Below, piece by piece: positions 40,061 to 48,783 of a stretch of 64,000 bases of DNA; position 1 is the stretch's first letter, and every line of letters begins with the position of its first letter. Origin of the DNA: Yuukianura sp. NJ FZ-2021 (Eukaryota). Both the position numbers and the translations under genes were made by a program. Where the stretch lies: NCBI GenBank assembly GCA_046563655.1, contig CM102283.1, positions 5,890,001 to 5,954,000 on the forward strand, in the 5' to 3' direction. The notes under the pieces are model-generated. The model was not told the DNA's origin and did not search any database. It worked only from the letters and a program-made list of their open reading frames with translations.

Positions 40061-40292
40061 CTTGTTTCCGGGTTGACCAATAGGCTGAAGTTGCGGAAAT
40101 GGACTGCTACCAGTTGCCAGGATGAAATCGTTGATGAAATCGTTTAGAATTGGGTCACTGATGAAATCGGTGAGCAATTTTGTCCGTCGTGTGAGCTCCT
40201 CAAAGTATTCGGCTTCGTCAAATTCTGAATCAGAGTCAAACTGATCCAGCGTTGCAATTGGGAATCGTAGCTTTCACTCTCGTCGCCAGAAA

Positions 40293-40528
40293 TGTTGTGT
40301 CTTAGATAACTTTTATTTAAGACTAAACTGGTGGATCGTCTGTGTCCCATCTCAGTGGGCCACAGGTATTTATACCAACTAGAAGTGGGACAAGATGAGT
40401 CGAGTTGGCATGAGAAACCAGGGCGGCTAAGGCTTGCCAATTCTAAGAATACTTATTCTAGAACAAATCCTAGAACAAGGTTATCTGGGTCAATTCCTAA
40501 TATGGTGATTGTAATTAGATACATTACA
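40293..40528 (-). repeat. 5' LTR (236 bp)
   Basis: Pairs with 35783-36018. Confidence 0.97.
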
Positions 40529-40732
40529 AGAACAGAGTGAAAACGTATGGATACAGAATACGCCTCCTAAAAACGAAAAACATCCCACAACTGTCCCGCT
40601 TACGAACCCTCCGTGGTATATGATGCACTGAAAAATTTGAAGCACAAATTTTGAAATACTTTCCAAATTTTGATAAGGGAATTCAAAATGTGGTCAATTG
40701 ATTTCTGCTTAGAATCGGTTAGGTTAGGCGAG

Positions 40733-41500
40733 CGACCTTGACATGACCTTGATGGTGATGGCGTTGGAGGTCAATTTCGGACAATTTTTCCAATGAAATT
40801 TAGCGGCATTTCTTCCAGTTGTACCAATCTTGAGAGAATCATATATCCTGGCAGAACAGTTCGACTGTGATTCAAAACATCTTCTTCACAGTCCTGTTCC
40901 ATGATTGGTCCATTTTTAATAACAAAGTAGCAAATCAGCATGGTTTGTTCGGATTGTTCTAAGTGTGTAGCCACAACGACACTTTGAGTGACTCCTGGGA
41001 ATGACCGAATGACACTTCCGATTTCTTCTAGCTCAACTCAGTATCCTCGGATTTTGATTTGATGGTCTTGTCTTCCTGTGGATTCCATTCGAGAACTGGA
41101 CAGGCATTTGAACAAGTCGCCCGTTTTGAACAAAACGGCATGCGACCCTTCACGTTTGTCTTCTGGCGTTTGAAACGGATTTGAAATAAACTGCTCCCGC
41201 GTTAGACTATCGTTGTTCAAATATCCACGAGCCAATCCGAGCCGGAAACCGACAATCCTCCAATCTCCTCGATTCCTGCAAGCTGGTTTGGCGTCGTAGT
41301 GCTGACCATGTAGCATCGTTTGTTGTGCGCAGGCGTTCTGAAACGACGTATAGCCTTTTCAAAGTAAACTTTTTGATGCTGGACACAAAGGGATACCTCA
41401 AAATTTCCAAAAATTTTGAAAACTGCTGCCTGGGGAGCCATGGCCTTGAACTGTGGAAAAGTCTCCACTGTTAATGATTCTCCACCAATGCCAATTCGTT
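40733..41500 (-). pseudogene. NRPS adenylation-domain C-terminal fragment, pseudogene
   Basis: Matches 47143-47912 of the intact gene; in-frame TGA in GY*VELEE and frameshifts. Confidence 0.9.
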
Positions 41501-41866
41501 AATAAAATAAATAAATAAAGTAAAAGGTTCAGAATCTCAAAAGAAAAGAAAGATTTACTTTATTCTTTTATTAGATAGAATAAAAGTCACAATTATCAAA
41601 TCTGTCGCCCAGGAAACGCTTTATGTTACAGTTCTGTTTCAAAGTGTGACGTTTATTTAATTTCCCGATTAACCAATTTTGATATTCTCCAAAGTTGAAA
41701 GCTGAGTCTGCTTTTTGGATGTGACTTTAAACTTGGCTCAAGTAAATGGCTTCAAGAATTGCTCGAATCTTTTCCAATATGTAATCAATTCTATAAAAAC
41801 TCATAAACCATTAAATACAACTTTTAATTTTCGTTTTTGCGCTTATTTAGATTTGGACGTTTCAGA

Positions 41867-43514
41867 ATGAACACTGAAGATGAGACCACTCACAAATCAA
41901 ACATACACAACCTGCCACCAGAAGTACTTCAAAAATTTCTAGTTCAACTTCAATCAACAAGATATACTTTAACTTTCATTTATTACATTTCAGATACTGA
42001 GCATGATCTTTGAGCACTCAGATGATACTGCCATTGCGCAAAACCGCACTGTGTGTGCCTACTGGCGCAACATCATCGAATCTCAGTACACGATCCAATT
42101 GGAAATGACCAATGAAAACTGGGAAGCATTCGTCAAGTTGACCAAAGCATCCTACATTCATCTCAAGCTGACAGACGTCCAGTTCCCAATATACAGTGCT
42201 CCAGAATTCAACAACTTTCTGTCACGCGTCAACATTTTGGAAATAACTGGGTTCATTCCAGTGTACAATGTCGTCAACATCCTCACAGCTTGTCGCAAAA
42301 TGCAGTCACTCACTGTTCATCATGTGTCAATCGGCCAGAACCATCAAGGGCTTCGAAACACAAGTGAAAACAAGGATGACCTTGTGTTTGATTTGACGAA
42401 ATTGAACGTTGGACTGCCAGACGATGAAGATGACCTGCTTGACGTTATTTACTATGCCGCGTATCTACTCAAATTCGACTGCTTGGATGAATTGAACCTC
42501 TGTTCATTGTTCCAAGTGGGAAACGTTTTGCAATTGATTTTCGCGGGAATTTTTGAACCGCTACCAGACGAAGACCTGACAAATGACGTCATCGAAATGA
42601 TTCGTGACAACCAACCGTCCCTGGAACTCATCAGTTTTAATTTTGAACACGACGATGACGAGAAACCTCAAATGTTCATCAAATTCCATCCGCACGCAGA
42701 CGAACCTGAATCTCCTTCCACCAATCAACACCGTCAAATCCTGGAATCATGTTTGTTCAATTTTGAAGACTATGAGCAGAGTCACCAATGCGCTGAAATG
42801 ATTTTGCAAATTTTTGAAACGCAGTCGAAGATGAAGAATTTGGTAATTTGCTACAGGAATGACGTAGATTTGGTGAGAATTGAAACTATCATCGAAAACA
42901 ACTGTGAAACATTGGAGGGAATTACAATCGAATCACTTGAGCCAGTAGACCAAACTTTTCGTCTTTTGAGCTGCTCTTGTTTTCGAACCTGTTTGACCTT
43001 AAAAGAACTAACACTTTGTTCACCCAATGAAAATCGGAAGATCAAATTGCTTGACTTCTTGCTTCTTCCTACTTCTTTGAACAAGTTGTCTCTGACGGGA
43101 TTTACTGTAACTGGATCGTGGGAATCGCTTGGCGGAGTCACTGAACCGTCGCAGTATTTGAACATTACTGAAGTGGAATTGGACGCCTGCCCTTGGTTCA
43201 TTTTCGATGGGAGTAATGAAACAATTTTTTCGAACATGCACTTCCGTTGGCTCCTGAACTTGTTTCCAAAAATTCGAAAGCTGACTCTCACTGGAATTCG
43301 ACTTGACAGAGTCATGTCGTCTTGGGATGCACGTAACCTTGGTATGCCGAACATTCCGGACTCCATTTCTCCGGAATTTGTGACGTGGTGCGGCCAGGGT
43401 GGAGGACACAATGCCAGAATCGATTCAGTTGAAACTTCCCACTACGATTCCGTCTTTCCACACTTACTTCAGCGCACGGTGCACGAAATTGTGATTCGGA
43501 AAGATCAAAATTAA
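41867..43514 (+). CDS. F-box/LRR-like protein, copy 3 (exons 41867-41923, 41994-43514)
   Basis: Paralog with the same intron; NLPPEILSMIF..VCAYWR. Confidence 0.8.
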
Positions 43515-43887
43515 ATAAGCCATCAAAACTACAACTTTTCTCAAACCGTCTTTCAAAACAAAATTCTCGAATTTTTATTTATCTCCCAAATACGATTGAA
43601 AAAAAATTTGAAATGAAAACAAAACCTGCTTTTAAAGCTTAGCTACAAAATAAAAAACAAAACAAAAACAGGAGACAAACGGCAATAGTTGAATTAACGT
43701 ACAAAATTTAATAAAATTTATTCAGAAACAACAAAATTGATAAACTAAATTCACATCTAAATCACAACAAAGTAATAATTAGAAAAAGTGCTTGTTTGTA
43801 GGTTATCGAAAGAACATCAAAATTTTACAACTTGATTTGGGAAGATTATAGCAAAGTCCCCGCAGTTTTTCATTTTATTTCAAAATT

Positions 43888-44170
43888 TTAAACTGACAGA
43901 TTTTCTCTGAATTCAGTAATCGTAGAAAACCTGAAAACGTGTGCAGCATCAACTGAGACTCCCATCTCAGCATTTGCTCGTTCCACCAACCCCATAGCCA
44001 GCAAACTGTTCCCGCCAGTTTCGAAAAAGTCAGCGTCCATTTCATACTCTTCAGTGGCCTCCAAGTTCAAGATTTCTTTCCAAATTTTGACGAGAGAATT
44101 CAAAATGGGGTGAATTGATTTCCCGTTAGGGTCATGGTTGGAGTCCATTTCGATCAATTTTTTTATTCAA
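43888..44170 (-). pseudogene. NRPS thiolation (PCP) domain remnant; retains an 86-aa ATG-started ORF (44148-43888)
   Basis: IWKEILNL..DFFETGGNSLLAMGLV..FRENLSV*; same 5' breakpoint sequence as the 34750 remnant. Confidence 0.8.
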
Positions 44171-44591
44171 ATAAACGCCCGATATTAGAAGTTATACGCT
44201 ATGTATTATATTTTACCTCGGGTAGTGCTTTCTTTAGCTAACCTTCCATGGTTGTATTATTCCTTAGTGCATAAAAAGTTTCAAATTAAATTCTATTTTT
44301 CTAACGTTTCAATTTTTAAAAAAATGCTAAAAAGTCATAAAACAAAAAAGTCTACTTGGAGTACTAGTCTGGATATAGTTGCGAAATAGTCTTCATAAAA
44401 CTATATGAAGAAACTTATAAGTTTTCAATTCGCGTTTTCAAAAATATGGTAAACAAAAAATATTAAATAGAAAAACCTTAAAGGAACTTTTTTTAATTAG
44501 CCAAACCACCAGATTTTTTCCTGCAAGTCCACAAATTAGAAGTTATGAAGAAACATTAATAAAATTAACAATTTGCGAAATTGGAACCTAT

Positions 44592-46288
44592 TCAAAATGT
44601 AAGAATAAGAAAAATTGTATTTTGAAAAATGATGTCTCCGAAGAGATGCAGAACGTAGTGTTTCGTCTTCAGCGTAAAGTGAGGTCCAACTTTTATGAAA
44701 AGCGGTAGTTTTGAGTTCCAGAATTTTCGATTGTACTTTCCCCAGTCCTGATCCGTTTGTTTTTTACTGCCAATTTTACAGCAAGCCGTAGAATTTGAGT
44801 ACAATGACACAGATAGTTCAACACACATTTTCAACGCAAATGAAATCGACAAGGTAAAGCATGTGTTGAACAAAATCACTAGAAAAACGGATTGAAAGGG
44901 ATATTTAATTAGTTTGAACAGTGCGTATAGAAGCATAGTGAGCACAACGGAACTTGAATAAAGGCAGAATTCTACTATTCCGGAAAATGTATCGTTGGCC
45001 CAAGCACAGTACACTTGCTCAATGTTGTATCTACGTTGGACTTGATTCACTGACTTCCAAGTAGTCGCTACGTCCAGAATTATACTGCGACATTAACAAA
45101 GAAGGATTTTGGAAATTTTGGGATTTTACTTTTTAAGTTCAGGTTAATATTCAAAATTTGGAATATTTCTAGTTACCTTAGTTGACGCATCCCAAGTCGA
45201 CTGGAGTTTACATACAGTAGAGAACAGAGTGAAAACGTATGGATAGAGAATACGCCTCCTAAAAACGAAAAGCATCCCAGAACTGTCAAGCTTACGAATC
45301 CTCCGTGGTACATGATGTACTGAAAAATTTGTGTTCCTTCTGGTTCATTTCCTACGAGTCTTGCGTATACTTGAAACGGAAGTTGTGTCAGTTCATTGCT
45401 TGTAAAGTAAAAGAAAGTCAACGTTCCAGGGGTAAGTAAGTAGCGATACATAGTGAACAAAAAATTTATTAGTTGCAACCCGCTCGCAAATTTGATAACT
45501 TCCGAGTCACCCGTTGTTTCTGTAAATAAGTAAATCTGATTTCAATTTTACGGGAAAATACTAGAACGTAAAAATTTGTTATAATTTACAACAGATAAAT
45601 TATATTATATTTATAACTAATAATAATAAATAAATTATACTTATAACTTATAAATACTAAAAAAAAAGTTTGTTCGACTACATCTAATGAAATGTTTCGA
45701 TGTCCTGAAAAAAAAATTCGGAGAAAGCAGTTTCACAGCTATTTTGAACCTAACTACTATTCCCAACGGTATTCCATAAAAAATACATGACGAAGACGAT
45801 TGCATGAACCTGGGGCTAAGCCCCAACGCGAACATGAAGTATTCTGGTCCTCGAAAACAAAGTGTTGCATGTGTTGCATAGTTTGAATATATAAATATTT
45901 GTAATAATTTCAAATTACCTGCAAGTATATAAATTTTGAGGTATGTGGCCACAATACCGACAATGTCGTTCATATGACTCAAGTACCAAATTTGATTTCC
46001 AATTAACAGAGTTTGGACTGCAATCATTGCAATGAACGTCATCATTAACGTTGGTTTCTCTACATATGGGATTCCAAATACCGCACATACGAATATGACA
46101 CTCAGGTTCACACTTATGCTCAGCAAAATTGTAGCCCCAACGATGTTACGTTTAATCTTCGGGCGTTTGGATTCGACAATGCGGTAGCAAGATTTGGTAT
46201 CTTTTTCAATATAAAAAGTACAACAATGCCAAAAGAATGCAGCGTGAAATGTGTGCAATACATGTTCCAAATACCTTGAATTGGTCAT
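44592..46288 (-). CDS. 7TM chemoreceptor-like protein, copy 4 (3 exons)
   Basis: Intact paralog of copies 1 and 2 with the same exon structure. Confidence 0.7.
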
Positions 46289-46887
46289 TGTTGTAATTTT
46301 GTTATAATAACTTTACTACAGTAACTCTTACTTTTACACTGATACCTCGTTATGAATATGATTGTATACAGAGTCAGGACTTCAGTTTCTGTTTTTTTAT
46401 GGAACAGAATAGATATTTTTTAAACCTCTCCGTGTCATTTTTGAAATGGTTAATTTGTAGGAGCAATTAACAATAAAAAATACTTTATAGCGAAACCTAA
46501 AATTTGACATGTGAAAGTCATTAAAGAACTTTGTTGTTAAAAGTCTACAAAATTTTGGCAATTAAAAAAACTCAATTTTTTGTTATTTTTATGGGCTGTA
46601 ATAAACAGTCATGTCAAATTGTCAAATTTCAACCATATCCAGATTTTTTTTTAGAATATATTTATTTTATTAAATTTTAATTTAATTAAGTTGAACATTT
46701 TGCTTATTGAGAAACAACAAAGTTGGTAAATTAACAACAAAGGTTAGTTTTAATCAACAAAATACTTGTAGAAAGAGTGCTTTTTTGTAGGTGCTTGAAT
46801 AAAGTACGTCAAAACTTTACAACTGGATTTTAAATATTATAGAAAGGACCTAACGACTTTTTAGATTCAGTTGAAAAATTCTGAATT

Positions 46888-48783
46888 TCAAACTGACAGG
46901 TTCTCCCTAAATTCAGTAATCGTAGAAAACTTGAAAACATGCGCAGCATCAACAGCAACTCCAATCTCAGCATTTACTCGTTCCACCAATCGCATAGCCA
47001 ACAAACTGTTCCCGCCAGTTTCAAAAAAGTCAGCGTCCATTTCATACTCTTCAGTTGCCTCCAAGTTCAAGATTTCTTTCCAAATTTTGATCAGAGAATT
47101 CAAAATGGGGTCAACTGATTCCCTCTTGGGGTCATCTGTGGATGACCTTGACATGACCTTGAGTGGTGGTGGCGGTGGAAGTCCATTTCGATCAATTTTT
47201 CCATTGAAATTTAGCGGCATTTCTTCCAGTTGAACTAATCTAGAGGGAATCATATATTCTGGCAGAACAGTTCGGAGGTGATTCAAAACAACTTCTTCAG
47301 AGTCCTGTTCCATCATTGGTCCATTTTTAATAACAAAGTAGCCAATCAGCATGGTTTGTTCGGATTGTTCCAAGTTTGTAGCCACAACGACACTTTGAGT
47401 GACTCCTGGGAATGACCGAATGACACTTCCGATTTCTTCTAGCTCAACTCGGTATCCTCGGATTTTGATTTGATGGTCTTGTCTTCCTGTGGACTCCATT
47501 CGAGAACTGGACAGGCATTTGAACAAGTCGCCCGTTTTGAACAAAACGGCATGAGACCCTTCACTTTTGTCTTCTGGCGTTTGAAATGGATTTGAAATAA
47601 ACCGCTCCCGCGTTAGACTTTCGTTGTTCAAATATCCACGAGCCAATCCTCGTCCAGAAACGGCCAATTCTCCTATTTCTCCAATTCCTGCAAGCTGGTT
47701 TGGTGTTGTAGTGCTGAGCAAGTAGCATCGTTTGTTGTGCGCAGGCGTTCCGAAACGGCGTATGTCCTTTTCGGAGTCAACTTTTTGATGCTGGACACAA
47801 ATTGAGCCTTCAGAATTTCCAAAAATGTTGAAAACTGCTGCTTGGGGAGCCATGGCCTTGAACTGTCGAAAAGTTTCTACTGTTAGTGCTTCTCCACCAA
47901 TGGCAATTCGTTTCAGTGAAGGAATTCGGGTCAAGTCAAGTCGAGCGACAAGTGACGGCGTACCGTCAATGTGTGTCACTCCATGACGGTACATGTAGTC
48001 ATAAAAATTTTCATTCTCAAATATCATTGACGGCCGGACGATAAGCAGTGGAAATCCATTTGACAGAGCCGTTAAAAACGGAACCGTGGCGGCATTGAAG
48101 ACGTAGTTGAGAAAGTGAACCACAACTTCCGAATCACCCGGTTTGATACCGTACCGGGATCGGTAGTCGATACATTCTGTGATCAGTGCCTCTCGTGTGA
48201 CAAGTACGCCTTTCGGTTTTCCGGTTGTACCCGAAGTGTAGAGGATGTGAGACAAGTGTATGTCGGTTGTTCCAACGGATTCGGGTGGGGTCACGGTCAC
48301 ATTTGGCGGGAGTTGAATTCCACTTAAATTCAAAATCTCACGTTCCCCCATGTATGTCTTGCTGAAATTGAAGTTGGTGTCGTCAGTGAGCATGAGCACT
48401 GCGGCGGTATCTTCCAGAATAAACTGGACTCTTTGGGCAGGGTACTTGGGGTCAATGGCCACATAGGCTACGCCGGCCTTAAGCAACGCAAGAAGTGCTA
48501 CGACCATGACCTCACTTCGTTCCAAACAAAGCGCCACAACAATATCTGGTTTTCGCTTGTCTCCCAATTGGTCAGCAATCAAACGCGCAACGTGATTGGC
48601 TGAGCGCTCAAGGTCACGGTAGGTCAGCGATTTTTCTTCAAAAATTACAGCAATATTTTCTGGAAATTGGGCAGCCTGAAGGTCAAATACAATCGGCACT
48701 GTTGAATTCGGAGCGTAGTGGCGTACTGGCCCTGTGACGATGCAGCCTTCATCGTCAATCTTTTCTAAATATTGGCCGACCAT
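46888..48783 (-). CDS. Stand-alone NRPS-like adenylation-thiolation (A-T) didomain protein, 631 aa, intronless CDS
   Basis: A1 LTYRDL, A2 LKAGVAYVAID, A3 ILYTSGTTGKPKG, A6 GELAVSGRGLARGYL, A7 FKTGDL, A8 GRQDHQIKIRGYRVELEEI, A9 LPEYMIP, A10 NGKIDR; PCP DFFETGGNSL; no C, TE or R domain. Confidence 0.93.
   Translation of the reverse strand: MVGQYLEKIDDEGCIVTGPVRHYAPNSTVPIVFDLQAAQFPENIAVIFEEKSLTYRDLERSANHVARLIADQLGDKRKPDIVVALCLERSEVMVVALLALLKAGVAYVAIDPKYPAQRVQFILEDTAAVLMLTDDTNFNFSKTYMGEREILNLSGIQLPPNVTVTPPESVGTTDIHLSHILYTSGTTGKPKGVLVTREALITECIDYRSRYGIKPGDSEVVVHFLNYVFNAATVPFLTALSNGFPLLIVRPSMIFENENFYDYMYRHGVTHIDGTPSLVARLDLTRIPSLKRIAIGGEALTVETFRQFKAMAPQAAVFNIFGNSEGSICVQHQKVDSEKDIRRFGTPAHNKRCYLLSTTTPNQLAGIGEIGELAVSGRGLARGYLNNESLTRERFISNPFQTPEDKSEGSHAVLFKTGDLFKCLSSSRMESTGRQDHQIKIRGYRVELEEIGSVIRSFPGVTQSVVVATNLEQSEQTMLIGYFVIKNGPMMEQDSEEVVLNHLRTVLPEYMIPSRLVQLEEMPLNFNGKIDRNGLPPPPPLKVMSRSSTDDPKRESVDPILNSLIKIWKEILNLEATEEYEMDADFFETGGNSLLAMRLVERVNAEIGVAVDAAHVFKFSTITEFRENLSV

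Larger units (their letters stand above)
35783..40528 (-). mobile_element. Full-length Ty3/Gypsy LTR retrotransposon (Mag-like), 4746 bp
   Basis: 236-bp TG..CA LTRs; 5-bp TSD AGAAC (35778-35782, 40529-40533); PBS TGGCGACGAG next to the 5' LTR; PPT AAAAGGGGAAAGTAG next to the 3' LTR. Confidence 0.97.
35163..40638 (-). pseudogene. 7TM chemoreceptor-like copy 3, pseudogene (frameshifts, LTR element in exon 2, 5' half deleted)
   Basis: Exon 3 is close to copy 4 but has a 1-bp and an 8-bp deletion; exon 2 is split at 35782/40529 by the retrotransposon; homology stops at ~40638. Confidence 0.85.

Noticed and set aside
36074-40177. ORF start at 40177 as listed
   Set aside because: That start is a TTG in the leader region; the first ATG, at 40060, gives a typical Gag N-terminus
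13941-48783. Bacterial contamination or chimeric assembly as the source of the microbial-type genes
   Set aside because: The lyase has a spliceosomal intron, NRPS fragments are co-duplicated with intron-containing host genes, and there is no operon structure
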